From an uncultured Methanosarcinales archaeon (GTDB lineage: Archaea; Nanobdellota; Nanobdellia; Woesearchaeales; GW2011-AR4): a stretch of DNA of 64,000 nt. The stretch covers positions 308 to 64,307 of the forward strand of contig CAYXZV010000004.1 in the NCBI GenBank assembly GCA_964469645.1, in the 5' to 3' direction. Made by a program: the position numbers and the translations under genes. The notes beneath the pieces are model-generated. The model saw only the letters and a program-made list of their open reading frames with translations, made no database searches and was not told the DNA's origin. Numbering within the stretch: the stretch's first letter is position 1; every line of letters begins with the position of its first letter. Below, one piece after another: positions 16,827 to 26,632 of this stretch.

Positions 16827-18017
16827 ATGGCTAGTGTTTTGCTACTTTTGACTTATTTGGCGGTTATATTATTGATAGGTTTATTGACTTCCATTATCAG
16901 CCAGAAATTCAAGATTCCAAATATCCTGCTGTTGCTGCTTATAGGGATTGGCTTGGGAAGGGTGGATTACAGAGGAAGTTCCCTTATAGAGTTTCCAGAG
17001 GTTTTTATGACCGGCATAAGTATCCTGGCTTTGGTCATGATAGTTTTTGACAGCTCTTCCAGATTCAGCTTAAAAAAAGTGGATTATTTTTCTTTACATA
17101 CTTTATGGCTTTCCATCGTCTTTCTTATTTTTAATCTTATTTTCCTGACATTTTTTACAATGCTTATTTTTGGTGTAGAGTCTATTTTTCTCGCTTTGAT
17201 GTTTGCAGCGTTAATGGCAGGCACAAGCCCTGCGGTTGTGCTGTCAATGTTTAAGAATGTGAAAAATAAAGTATTCGATTTTTTAGGATTGGAGTCTTTG
17301 CTAAATACTCCGTTAGTTGTATTGATACCTTTCATAATTCTTGATTTAAAAAATGCCCTTAAAGGGGAGCTTATAATTGCGACTTTCATAGATCAGCTTG
17401 TGCCGTTGCTGCAGCAGTTTGTTGTTGGTGTTGGAGCTGGTGTCTTGATTGGCCTTATCATGTTCAAGTTCATGAGGCGTGTTTATTCTGTTGTATTGTC
17501 TCCGTTGGCCGTGATTACAAGTGCTTTATTGGCCTACATCATCGCAGAGAACCTGGATGGTAATGGAGTTTTAGCTGTTACCTCAATGGGATTGCTGTTT
17601 GGCAATGTCTATTTAAAGCAAAAATTCCAACTTAAAGAATTTGCTTCGGTTTTCTCAAATTCTTTGGAAATATTGGTCTTTGTCCTTATAGGGCTTATAG
17701 TCGCTATTCCATTTTCCGGTGATTTTTTCATAAAATCCATTCTATTGTTTGCTTTGTATCTTGTAATAAGGTTTTTTTCTGTTATTTTTTCTTTGAGAGG
17801 TATGGATTTTACATTAAAAGAGAAATTATTCATGTCATTGAATGCACAGAAAGGGATTGCTGTTGCTGTTGTAGTTTTTTCACTTGCTACACTGGAGATA
17901 GAAGGAATGAGCACAATACTTAATCTTTCATTGGCATTTATGCTATATTCTATTATCTTGTCTTCTGTTGTTTTGAGGGCTGTTAAGTATTTTGTCAAAG
18001 GTGTTGAAGAGAAGTGA
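16827..18017 (+). CDS. Monovalent cation/H+ antiporter (CPA family)
   Basis: 396 aa with about 11-12 TM helices and the typical Na+/H+ exchanger layout. Confidence 0.7.
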   Translation: MASVLLLLTYLAVILLIGLLTSIISQKFKIPNILLLLLIGIGLGRVDYRGSSLIEFPEVFMTGISILALVMIVFDSSSRFSLKKVDYFSLHTLWLSIVFLIFNLIFLTFFTMLIFGVESIFLALMFAALMAGTSPAVVLSMFKNVKNKVFDFLGLESLLNTPLVVLIPFIILDLKNALKGELIIATFIDQLVPLLQQFVVGVGAGVLIGLIMFKFMRRVYSVVLSPLAVITSALLAYIIAENLDGNGVLAVTSMGLLFGNVYLKQKFQLKEFASVFSNSLEILVFVLIGLIVAIPFSGDFFIKSILLFALYLVIRFFSVIFSLRGMDFTLKEKLFMSLNAQKGIAVAVVVFSLATLEIEGMSTILNLSLAFMLYSIILSSVVLRAVKYFVKGVEEK

Positions 18018-18073
18018 GGTTTTCTTAGTTTTTAGGTAATATGTTTTTAAATGGATAAAGGCTACCTTGACTT

Positions 18074-18496
18074 ATGTCAACTAAATATGGGGCATTGGGT
18101 GCTACAGTAAAAGGAGAGACGGATAGGGTTGGCTTTACTCTAACATTCTTATCAAGACAACTGGCTGAGGCTATGGATTTCGTTTCTAGTGGGAGTCGAA
18201 ATGTTTCTGCTGGATTTAATCAATATTTTCGCAATGTTGAATCTGGTTACATATATGGGAAACCAAATCCTCCCAGAAATTCAAAAAAAGATTTGGAAAG
18301 GTTAGCTATTCTTCTGCATGCGCTTAATTTTTCAGAAAGACATCCTGAAATAATTGAGGGGGTTAGAGAACTTGATGACAGGTTTGAATATCCTCCTCCG
18401 GAAGATGATAGGGTACCATATACTCAACTTATGGAGGCATATGAAGCAGAGAATGGTGGTAGTGTACCTGAAGAATCCTTGGATGCTAGGGTTTGA
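18074..18496 (+). CDS. 140-aa ORFan, non-host composition
   Basis: TATA-like tttttaaat lies about 25 nt upstream of the ATG, suggesting a leaderless transcript. No recognised domain. Acidic, P/G/R-rich C-terminus. Confidence 0.5.
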   Translation: MSTKYGALGATVKGETDRVGFTLTFLSRQLAEAMDFVSSGSRNVSAGFNQYFRNVESGYIYGKPNPPRNSKKDLERLAILLHALNFSERHPEIIEGVRELDDRFEYPPPEDDRVPYTQLMEAYEAENGGSVPEESLDARV

Positions 18497-18507
18497 GTTG
18501 TTTCTTT

Positions 18508-19449
18508 TCAATACTCAAACAAAAAACTCTTTATTTTTCTTGAGAATTCTCTAGATGCGTAAAATATTCTTTCTACTGAGTATGTTGAGATGAATGCTGA
18601 AAATAAGATTAAAATTCCGCCTATCAGAGTGTTTAGGGAAGGACTTTCATGAAGTATTAAGAAAGACAAAAATATTGTTAATATAGGTCCTAGCAGCAAT
18701 ATCATGCTGAAAGTTGAGGATTTTACATATTTTATTGCGTAAAGCTGCAAAGTGAAAGGTATTAGAGTAAATACTGTAGCTAATAAGATCAATAAAGATA
18801 TATTAACAACAGTAAAAGAAGCAAATTCAATATTCTGGCCAAAAAATGGAATTACAGCTAAAAGTATTAAAGTATTGAATATGAAAAGCCAATTGGTTTT
18901 TTTGAAGTGGTTTATGGATTGGGATGATTTTCTGTTTATTATCACATAAAAAGAAAATAGTATTGCTGAGGTTAAAGCCATAAGCTGCCCTTTATAGTTT
19001 TGGAGTTCCAACTGGTTGGAAAACATGATTAAAAGGCCTATAAAACTTATTACCGTAACTATCATATCTGTTCTTGAAATATGTTCTTTAAGCAATATCC
19101 TGGCCAGAATTAAAGTAAAGATCGGAAAAGTCAGGAATAAGAAGGAAGCTGTGGTTACACCTATGTAATGCAGAGATTGGAAAAAAAGGAACATATTTGT
19201 CATCAGAACAGATGACAACAATAAAAGATATTTCAGCTCTTCCTTGTTTATTGAATATAGCTCTTTCAGATCAATTTTTTTTATTATCTTAATTATGTAA
19301 GGGTATGTTACAGCTACGAATGCGAACCGAAATAACAGGATATAATTTAGAGGAATGGTCTCTATTAGGTTTTTTATCAAAATCGGTGGAAAACTAAATA
19401 GAATAGCAACTATGTAAACTAACATTATTGGAGAGTTTAATCTTGACAT
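18508..19449 (-). CDS. EamA/DMT-superfamily transporter
   Basis: 10 TM helices and a duplicated EamA-like architecture. Confidence 0.7.
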   Translation of the reverse strand: MSRLNSPIMLVYIVAILFSFPPILIKNLIETIPLNYILLFRFAFVAVTYPYIIKIIKKIDLKELYSINKEELKYLLLLSSVLMTNMFLFFQSLHYIGVTTASFLFLTFPIFTLILARILLKEHISRTDMIVTVISFIGLLIMFSNQLELQNYKGQLMALTSAILFSFYVIINRKSSQSINHFKKTNWLFIFNTLILLAVIPFFGQNIEFASFTVVNISLLILLATVFTLIPFTLQLYAIKYVKSSTFSMILLLGPILTIFLSFLILHESPSLNTLIGGILILFSAFISTYSVERIFYASREFSRKIKSFLFEY

Positions 19450-19565
19450 AAGGGATTTTTATTTCTTAGTGGGTTTAAAAATGTGATGGTTTGGGAAATA
19501 ACTAAAAGGGAACGTTTATAAATTTATTACGGTTTCTTTGAAAAAATATTTAGTTGGGGATTGAT

Positions 19566-20351
19566 ATGGCAGTTGCACTTGACGATCTTACTGATGAATA
19601 TTTTGAAAAGGCAATAGCTAGAGAAGAAATTCTGTTTGACAAGCAAACAGGTTTACCGATTATTGAGTATACTTCTGTTTTGGAGCATCCTCCAATTCAA
19701 GTTACAGAAAGAGGAGATATTGCAAAGATTCTTGGAGTAATGGATGCCCCCTCACTTTATAGTAATCTTGAGAAGATTGGTTGGGTTCTTGATGAAAATA
19801 GACATACAACAACTGAACGGTTAGAACTCTATATTTATTATAGAGCTAAAGTAAATAAAATAGAACCGGAAAAACGTAAATCACAATTGAAAGAAAGTTT
19901 ACAGAGACTTCATGAGTATGAGCGTTCACACCATCCAGAACCAGGAGGTGTTGTAATTCCACTAGTTATTGGAGATGGAAAAGATGGAGAGAATACAGAT
20001 TCTGCTCGACAACATCCACCTTCAGAAAGAATAACTGTGAGTGAAGAAATACAACAAGCACCCCCTGTAAAAACTCCATCTACTAGAAGTAGATATGTTT
20101 TTGATGGGGCTTATGGTCCTGGTGAAGGGGCTCGTATTAGGGAACAGTTTCCTGGTAATGAACTTGCTTTAAGATTTGGGGCAGAGTTTGGACCTGGCAA
20201 AGAAATCGGCCATAAAGATCTGGAGGAACGTTTGCCTAGAAAGTTCGGAGTTTCTCCCGATAAAGTATATGAGCTTGCTGGGTGGTTTTTTGATAAGAGA
20301 CTTATAGTTCCTACAGAGAATGGAACATATGTTTGGAAACCTCTGCGTTAA
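19566..20351 (+). CDS. 261-aa ORFan, non-host composition and codon usage; possible C-terminal winged-helix
   Basis: ATG at 19566 is preceded by ggggat, with tttataaa at 19515-19522. The central region is disordered and P/G/H-rich. About 7 of 18 Arg codons are CGN. Confidence 0.55.
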   Translation: MAVALDDLTDEYFEKAIAREEILFDKQTGLPIIEYTSVLEHPPIQVTERGDIAKILGVMDAPSLYSNLEKIGWVLDENRHTTTERLELYIYYRAKVNKIEPEKRKSQLKESLQRLHEYERSHHPEPGGVVIPLVIGDGKDGENTDSARQHPPSERITVSEEIQQAPPVKTPSTRSRYVFDGAYGPGEGARIREQFPGNELALRFGAEFGPGKEIGHKDLEERLPRKFGVSPDKVYELAGWFFDKRLIVPTENGTYVWKPLR

Positions 20352-20383
20352 CGCTACCTTATCTTTTTCTTCAGGTTTTGATC

Positions 20384-22852
20384 TCACTCCTTCAAAATCT
20401 TAGCCACACTAACTAACTTATCATTCTCATGCAATTTAATCAATCTTACTCCTTGTGTTGCACGCCCTATGACACTGATCTGAGAAACAGACATTCTTAT
20501 TGTAATTCCGTTCTTTGATATCAGCATTATTTGGTTTTCATCGCTAACGGAATTTATTGAAACAACTTTACCATTCCTTTCCGAGCAGATTATATTCCTT
20601 ACTCCGGAACCTCCGCGGCTGATTAATCTGTATTCTTCCACTTTTGTCCTTTTTCCATAGCCGTTTTCAGTTACAGTCAATAATGTTTTTTTATTTGTTG
20701 CTACAACCATACCTATGACAGAATCATCTGCTGAAAGCCTAATTCCTCTAACACCTTGAGATGAACGACCTGTAGGACGAACATCATTCTCATTAAACCT
20801 TACTGCAATTCCATTTCTTGTGGCTAGAATGATTTCCTTATTTCCATCAGTAAGCTTTACATTGATCAAACGGTCATCAGGATCTAAAGTTATTGCTACT
20901 ATTCCACCTTTTCTTGGATTGGAATAAGCAGCAAGGCTTGTCTTCTTTATGGTCCCTTTTTTTGTTGCCATGATTAAATATTGAGTATCATCAAATGCCT
21001 TTACTGGAACATAAGCAGTTACTTTTTCATCTGACTGTAAACTAGCCAGATTAACAATGGCTTTACCACGAGCTTGTCTGGAAGCCTCAGGTATATCATA
21101 GACCTTTACCCAATGCACTTTTCCTTTATTCGTAAATAAAAGGATATAAGAATGTGTAGATGCAATGAAAATGTCCTTAACGAAATCCTCTTCTTTTGTT
21201 GTTGTTGCTATTAATCCTTTGCCGCCGCGTCTTTGCTGCCTGTAAGTTTGTAACAACTGGCGTTTGATGTAACCGGAATGAGTTATTGTAATGACACAGT
21301 TGCTTTCCTCTATTACATCTTCCATTTCAAAGCTTGTCGCTTCTGTATCTAAGATCTCTGTCTTTCGGTCATCTCCATAATTTTGTTTTAATTCTAGAAG
21401 TTCCTGCTTGATTATGTCAAGGATCTTTTGTGGTGATTGTAAAATAGCCTTTAACTCTGCTATTAATTTTAATAAATCCTGGTGCTCTTTCTTGACTTTT
21501 TCCTGTTCTAAAGAAGTTAAACGCTGCAAGCGCATTTCTAGGATAGCAACACTTTGCTCTTCTGAAAGGCTAAAATTAGATATTAAGCTTGTTTTGGCGT
21601 CCTCTACTGAACGGCTCTCTTTAACAAGTTTTATGGTCTTGTCAAGATTATTTAATGCTATGATCAATCCCTCAAGGATATGGGCTCTTTTCTGCGCTTT
21701 ATTCAAATCGAACAATGTCCTTTTCCTTACAACATCTTTACGATGGTCAATGTAATACTGGATCAGCTGGCTTAAATTCAATAGTTTTGGAACATTGTTG
21801 ACCAAAGCGACCATTATTATTCCAAATGTAACTTGTAAACGGGAATGGGCATAAAGCTGGTTCAACAGAACATCTGCATTGGCATCTTTTCTCAGCTCAA
21901 TTACAATTCTTATTCCCTGTCTGTCTGATTCATCCCTTATGTCTGATATGCCATTGATTTTCTTGTCCCTAACCATGTCAGCTATTTGAGTTATTGTTTC
22001 TGCTTTGTTTACCATGTAAGGTATTTCTGTGACTATGATTTTTTTCCTGTCTTTTACTTCTTCAATTTTTGTTTTTGCTCGGACAATAACTTTTCCTCGG
22101 CCGGTCTTGTAAGCTGATTTTATTCCGCTTCTGCCGCAGATTGTCGCTCCTGTCGGGAAATCTGGACCTTTGATGCCCTGCATCAATTCTTCTATTGTAA
22201 TGGCTGGATTGTCAATCTGCTTTATTACACCATCAATAATCTCAGGCATATTATGCGGAGGGATATTTGTGGCCATTCCTACTGCAATTCCTGATGAACC
22301 GTTAACCAGAAGATTTGGAACTTTTGATGGCAAAACAGAAGGTTCTTTTGATGTGTTATCGAAATTTGGAACAAACTTTACTGTCTTTTTTTCTATGTCC
22401 TGCATCATCTCTTCTGAAAGTTTTGTCAATCTAGCTTCAGTATAACGCATGGCAGCAGGATTATCGCCATCTACAGAACCGAAATTACCCTGGCCATCAA
22501 CTAAAAGGTATCTCATGGAGAAGTTTTGAGCCAGCCTAACTAAAGTATCGTAGATAGAAGCGTCACCGTGGGGGTGGTATTTTGCCATACAATTCCCGAC
22601 TACATTTGCGGATTTCCTGAATGGCTTATTATGCAATAATCCGGCTTCCAGCATGGTGTATAAAACACGCCTATGCACTGGTTTTAGACCATCTCTTACA
22701 TCCGGCAAAGCTCTTCCAACAATAACAGACATAGAATAATCTAGGTAAGACTGCTTCATCTCATCTTCTATAACACGTTGAATTACAGTAGTTCCAGAGC
22801 CTGTATTTTGCTCTTTTTCTGGGCTGTTTTTTTCGTCTGTTTTTTCATCCAT
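20384..22852 (-). CDS. gyrA: DNA gyrase subunit A
   Basis: Motifs DGLKPVHRR, AMRYTE (catalytic Tyr) and HPHGD are present, plus C-terminal beta-pinwheel repeats. Confidence 0.95.
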   Translation of the reverse strand: MDEKTDEKNSPEKEQNTGSGTTVIQRVIEDEMKQSYLDYSMSVIVGRALPDVRDGLKPVHRRVLYTMLEAGLLHNKPFRKSANVVGNCMAKYHPHGDASIYDTLVRLAQNFSMRYLLVDGQGNFGSVDGDNPAAMRYTEARLTKLSEEMMQDIEKKTVKFVPNFDNTSKEPSVLPSKVPNLLVNGSSGIAVGMATNIPPHNMPEIIDGVIKQIDNPAITIEELMQGIKGPDFPTGATICGRSGIKSAYKTGRGKVIVRAKTKIEEVKDRKKIIVTEIPYMVNKAETITQIADMVRDKKINGISDIRDESDRQGIRIVIELRKDANADVLLNQLYAHSRLQVTFGIIMVALVNNVPKLLNLSQLIQYYIDHRKDVVRKRTLFDLNKAQKRAHILEGLIIALNNLDKTIKLVKESRSVEDAKTSLISNFSLSEEQSVAILEMRLQRLTSLEQEKVKKEHQDLLKLIAELKAILQSPQKILDIIKQELLELKQNYGDDRKTEILDTEATSFEMEDVIEESNCVITITHSGYIKRQLLQTYRQQRRGGKGLIATTTKEEDFVKDIFIASTHSYILLFTNKGKVHWVKVYDIPEASRQARGKAIVNLASLQSDEKVTAYVPVKAFDDTQYLIMATKKGTIKKTSLAAYSNPRKGGIVAITLDPDDRLINVKLTDGNKEIILATRNGIAVRFNENDVRPTGRSSQGVRGIRLSADDSVIGMVVATNKKTLLTVTENGYGKRTKVEEYRLISRGGSGVRNIICSERNGKVVSINSVSDENQIMLISKNGITIRMSVSQISVIGRATQGVRLIKLHENDKLVSVAKILKE

Positions 22853-23014
22853 TTTTACATAGAAAAACGTAGTTTTCTCGACGATAAAAGGTATATTTAA
22901 TGCTTTATAATAGTTGTGATTTTTGATGATGTATTTTTCAAATAAAATGATATTATTTTCTATATTGAAAAGAAGTCCATTTTATTTGTGTTTTTTAGAT
23001 ATTCTTTCATAAAA

Positions 23015-23155
23015 TTAGAGTTTTTGAATGATATTTGAACGGATAGAATAGGACTTGCCACAATAAACGCAGGATTTTCTATTTTTTTCTGTTATTGGTT
23101 TTAGAGTCTGGTATTTCATCTTATGATTGCACTTTGGACATTGTAAAAGAAACAT
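23015..23155 (-). CDS. 46-aa C4 zinc-ribbon micro-protein, translationally coupled to scpB
   Basis: Hand translation gives MFLLQCPKCNHKMKYQTLKPITEKNRKSCVYCGKSYSIRSNIIQKL. Its ATG overlaps the scpB TGA (TGATG). It is below the ORF-track size cutoff. Confidence 0.5.
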   Translation of the reverse strand: MFLLQCPKCNHKMKYQTLKPITEKNRKSCVYCGKSYSIRSNIIQKL

Positions 23156-24117
23156 CATTTTTCTTCTTTCTCTTTGGATTCCTTTTTATCTTCTTGCTCT
23201 TTTTCAGGATGTAGGATCTTTTCTGCTTTCTCTTCTGCAATTTTCTCTTGTTCTTTGCTTAGCTTGATTCCAGGGCTTTCGGATTCCGGTTTTTCTTCTT
23301 TCTCTTTGGATTCCTTTTTATCTTCTTCTTTTATCTCTTGCAGTTTCTTCCTGTCTTTCTCTAATTGTTCTTCAGAAGGTTCATCAACTACATCCAAATC
23401 TCCAAGTTTTTCTTCTACAACTTCTGTTTTTGGAGATTCTTCTTTTTCCTCTTGATTTTGCTTTTCTAAATCCAATGGATTACCTTCCTCATCCAGTAAA
23501 TCTGCAGTTTTCTTTATCTCCTCATCCTTCCGTTTCTCTTCTTCAGCGCGTGCTTTCTGTTCTTCCTTGATCTGTTTGATTTCTGTCTCTTTTTCTTCAA
23601 TTGCTTTTGATATGCTTCCAAAATCCCTGAAAACCTCTTTCATTTTTTCCTGAGGAAGGTTAAAGTATTCAAAAAATTTGTCTGTAAGCTTGATCAGATT
23701 TGTACGGCCGTGCTTCTGCCGGGTTATATAGCCCATGGCTTCCAATTCTTTCAGATGATCGTAAGCTTTATTTGTCCTTATCTTAATCAGATCAGATTGC
23801 TTTATCGGATACTTAAAGGCTATAACGGCCAAAGTCTCAACTATTGTCTTGCTCAGTTCTGTCTCTGTCACTATTTTTTGCACTAAAGGCAAGAACGGCT
23901 CGCGAACAGTTAACTTCCATGAATCACCTTCATTAGCAATCATTACACTTGAGCCTTTGTCGTCATACTCTGTTTTCAGCTCGACAAGAGTGTTTTTTAT
24001 GTCGTCAGTTTTTGCGTTAGATAATCTGGAAAGTTCAATAAGGTCCATCTTTCTTCCGGAAGAAAAAAGCAATGCCTCTAGTTTACTTTTAAGAGTATTT
24101 ATCTCTTTTGTTTCCAT
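23155..24117 (-). CDS. scpB: Segregation and condensation protein B with long Lys/Glu-rich C-terminal extension
   Basis: LEALLFSSGRKMDLIELSRL and tandem winged helices are present. The tail contains an exact 38-nt direct repeat (23158-23195 and 23290-23327). Confidence 0.75.
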   Translation of the reverse strand: METKEINTLKSKLEALLFSSGRKMDLIELSRLSNAKTDDIKNTLVELKTEYDDKGSSVMIANEGDSWKLTVREPFLPLVQKIVTETELSKTIVETLAVIAFKYPIKQSDLIKIRTNKAYDHLKELEAMGYITRQKHGRTNLIKLTDKFFEYFNLPQEKMKEVFRDFGSISKAIEEKETEIKQIKEEQKARAEEEKRKDEEIKKTADLLDEEGNPLDLEKQNQEEKEESPKTEVVEEKLGDLDVVDEPSEEQLEKDRKKLQEIKEEDKKESKEKEEKPESESPGIKLSKEQEKIAEEKAEKILHPEKEQEDKKESKEKEEK

Positions 24118-24122
24118 TTTTT

Positions 24123-24710
24123 CTATCTGACTAAACTATATATTTCGTTCTCTTTTTTTATTTTGTTCTCTTTTATAAGGGCATTTAAGAATATGTCCAA
24201 TTCTTTTTCTGGGACCCCAGTAGCCTTTGAGAGCTTTTCTTTATCCAAGTTTCCAGTAGTCAATGATATAAGGATTGTGTTAGTTGCAGCTTTATTCAGA
24301 TTTTGCTTTAAAAATTCGTTTTCATTCTTTTGTTGTTTCACTATCATGTCCACTTCATGCAGCCTTGCCTGCAGATCATTTATCAAATCCTCTACGGTTG
24401 ATTTCTTCGTAATGAACTCTTCAGGCTTTATTATTTCTACAGAAGAAGGCATATAATCAAAACAGAAACCTACCAGCTTGGGTATCCCTTTAATTATCAC
24501 ATCCATCTCAACGAATGTTGCCCATAATCTGTCTTTTTCTGCAGGTTTTGAGAATTCGGAGTTGAGAACTATAAGATCTGAGTCGTTATTTATTTTATCC
24601 ACATACTCCTTCAATGTTTTTTCTACATGCTCCTTTGGTTTTCCAAGTACTTCTATTATTATCTTACACCTTATGTGTGTCTGCTCTGCAATTAACTTTT
24701 CTTCTGGCAT
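24123..24710 (-). CDS. Hypothetical protein, N-terminal alpha/beta domain plus C-terminal winged-helix-like domain; first gene of the scpB operon
   Basis: 195 aa, with a 5-nt gap to scpB. It does not show ScpA motifs. Confidence 0.5.
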   Translation of the reverse strand: MPEEKLIAEQTHIRCKIIIEVLGKPKEHVEKTLKEYVDKINNDSDLIVLNSEFSKPAEKDRLWATFVEMDVIIKGIPKLVGFCFDYMPSSVEIIKPEEFITKKSTVEDLINDLQARLHEVDMIVKQQKNENEFLKQNLNKAATNTILISLTTGNLDKEKLSKATGVPEKELDIFLNALIKENKIKKENEIYSLVR

Positions 24711-24771
24711 GCAGTTTTAGAATTGAGTTAGATTTAAAAAGGTTTCTCCATATAAATGTAAAATATAATAT

Positions 24772-26529
24772 TCATCTTCGCCATATAAGTACAATATTTA
24801 CCATAATTGACAAAATAATCAGGAATAGTGGAACTAGGTTCTTTGCTTTTTCTGTAGTTGATTCGTAGATAAATTCACTAGGCATCAAGACCTGATTGGC
24901 AGTGATTAGATTTTCGGCATTGCGATCTTCATCATTAAGATTGGTTTCCTCTTCATTATTTCTATCTAGTTTTGGGATTATTACTATGTCTTTTGTTATT
25001 TCGTTGTTCGTTTTCTGATTGTTTTTATTTACTACTACCTTGAATTTGTAGTTTCCTGGCTCTGCTTCATCTACCATGTTGTTCAATTCGACAAGATGCA
25101 ATGAATTTGCCTTCAAAATGAACTCTTTCTTGTTCTCTTCTCTGTCTCCTGAATAAGATTTTGAGCCGCGGTAGACATAGCTCCATAATTTTATAGGCAC
25201 ATTACGATCATTATTATTATCTAAGATTATTTGTGTATTGAACATCTTTCCTGCATCGATATTTTCATTAAAATCTTTGATTTCGAAATCGAATTCTTTT
25301 GCAGAGAATTCCTTTTGTTCTACAATTTTAACTTCGCACATTGAATCTGTCAAATCTTCTATTTCAACTTCTTCTTCGTCTTCAGAGTCTAAACCCTGAG
25401 CTATTATCTCGTAATCTCCGTCATCAAAATCCTCATCGCAGTTTGGCTTTATTTGTATAGGTAATGTTAAAGAGTAATTTGTATATTTTAGTTCGAGATT
25501 GGTTTTTGACTGTTTGCTTAGTTTTTTTCCATTTTTGCCTTCTATCCATACTGCAACGCTTGCTTTGTTTGTGTTTCCTTTATAGGCATTTAATTTGATC
25601 CTTATTGTCTGGCCGAACTTTGCTTTCTTATCGGAACCTAAATCATAAATTTTCTCAATATCTATTGTTGAATCTTCTGGTAAGGGTTTTCCTTTAATTG
25701 TTACAATCATTGTGTCAAAATCATTTTCAGCATTAGTGTCATTGCATTGAATAGTTATATTGGAGTCTAAAAAATAAGATTTCCCTTCTTCTAAATTTGG
25801 AGTGTATTCTGTCGATGTTCTCTGTTTAGTTATTGATTGGTTTGTAAAAGGCTTATATTCTTTTATCAGCTTGCCATTAAGGTCTTCTATTTTAGCTCTT
25901 GAAGTGAAGTTTGTTGAGGAACCAGAAACCTTAGATGTCCTAACCTTAAAAGAGAACTCAGAAGAGTTATCAAATACTGTTTTTGCAAGTATAAACCCAA
26001 CTGCGTAATCACAGCTTGATGTCAGGCTGTCATCATTAGTAAAACCTGGGGTGGGGTTTGATTTGTATAATGTGTTATTGATATATGCCCAGCTTAGGTC
26101 TTCAGTAGTCTCATTGTAGGTTTTTTTATCAATAAGATTGTTATTATTGTCATAAAGGTATATTGTCTCACCGTTATTGCTTAATCCATTTCCCATAGCT
26201 CCATCATCAACATAAAGCCTTATTGCATCTGAACTCACATTAAAATTGTTATAGACTCTTGTAGCTTCATCTGTTATTATTGCATAGCCAAATGCCTCTA
26301 TTACGGTCCCTTCATTATTGTATAGACCACCTTCTATTGTATCGTTATCCCTATCATCTCCGATAATCCAATTGCTGACATTAACGCTTGCATCCAGGTT
26401 ATTGTAGAGTTCAATCCACTCATTCAATGATTCATCTGCTATTGTATCTGCCATTATCTCATTTATTATAAGGCCATTAGAAATCTGCATTAGAAGGACA
26501 AAATATGACAAATAAAGCAAAAGCTTCAT
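24772..26529 (-). CDS. Secreted, C-terminally membrane-anchored protein with N-terminal lamin-tail domain (LTD)
   Basis: Signal peptide MKLLLYLSYFVLLMQISNG, then LIINEIMAD...NEWIELYN...NWIIGDD (LTD). Many N-x-S/T sequons. C-terminal TM helix LVPLFLIILSIMVNIVLIWRR. Confidence 0.7.
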   Translation of the reverse strand: MKLLLYLSYFVLLMQISNGLIINEIMADTIADESLNEWIELYNNLDASVNVSNWIIGDDRDNDTIEGGLYNNEGTVIEAFGYAIITDEATRVYNNFNVSSDAIRLYVDDGAMGNGLSNNGETIYLYDNNNNLIDKKTYNETTEDLSWAYINNTLYKSNPTPGFTNDDSLTSSCDYAVGFILAKTVFDNSSEFSFKVRTSKVSGSSTNFTSRAKIEDLNGKLIKEYKPFTNQSITKQRTSTEYTPNLEEGKSYFLDSNITIQCNDTNAENDFDTMIVTIKGKPLPEDSTIDIEKIYDLGSDKKAKFGQTIRIKLNAYKGNTNKASVAVWIEGKNGKKLSKQSKTNLELKYTNYSLTLPIQIKPNCDEDFDDGDYEIIAQGLDSEDEEEVEIEDLTDSMCEVKIVEQKEFSAKEFDFEIKDFNENIDAGKMFNTQIILDNNNDRNVPIKLWSYVYRGSKSYSGDREENKKEFILKANSLHLVELNNMVDEAEPGNYKFKVVVNKNNQKTNNEITKDIVIIPKLDRNNEEETNLNDEDRNAENLITANQVLMPSEFIYESTTEKAKNLVPLFLIILSIMVNIVLIWRR

Positions 26530-26632
26530 TTTTAAATACTGTTGTTGAATGATATATAAATATTTGCTACTTTACTATTTCGGAATGATAATAAAAGTTT
26601 AATAAAGAGTGGTTCTTAGTTAAATAACCGGG

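Noticed and set aside
20384-22852. gyrA without adjacent gyrB as an anomaly
   Set aside because: gyrB is often unlinked. Its absence from a 64-kb window says nothing about the genome.
22853-23014. Search for a gene or RNA in the 160-nt AT-rich gap upstream of gyrA
   Set aside because: Only A/T-rich promoter-like sequence is present. There is no ORF with start signals and no GC-rich or structured segment.
24123-24710. Calling the 195-aa protein upstream of scpB as ScpA (kleisin)
   Set aside because: The N-terminal region looks alpha/beta rather than the helical ScpA N-domain. No ScpA motifs were recognised by eye. It is left as hypothetical.
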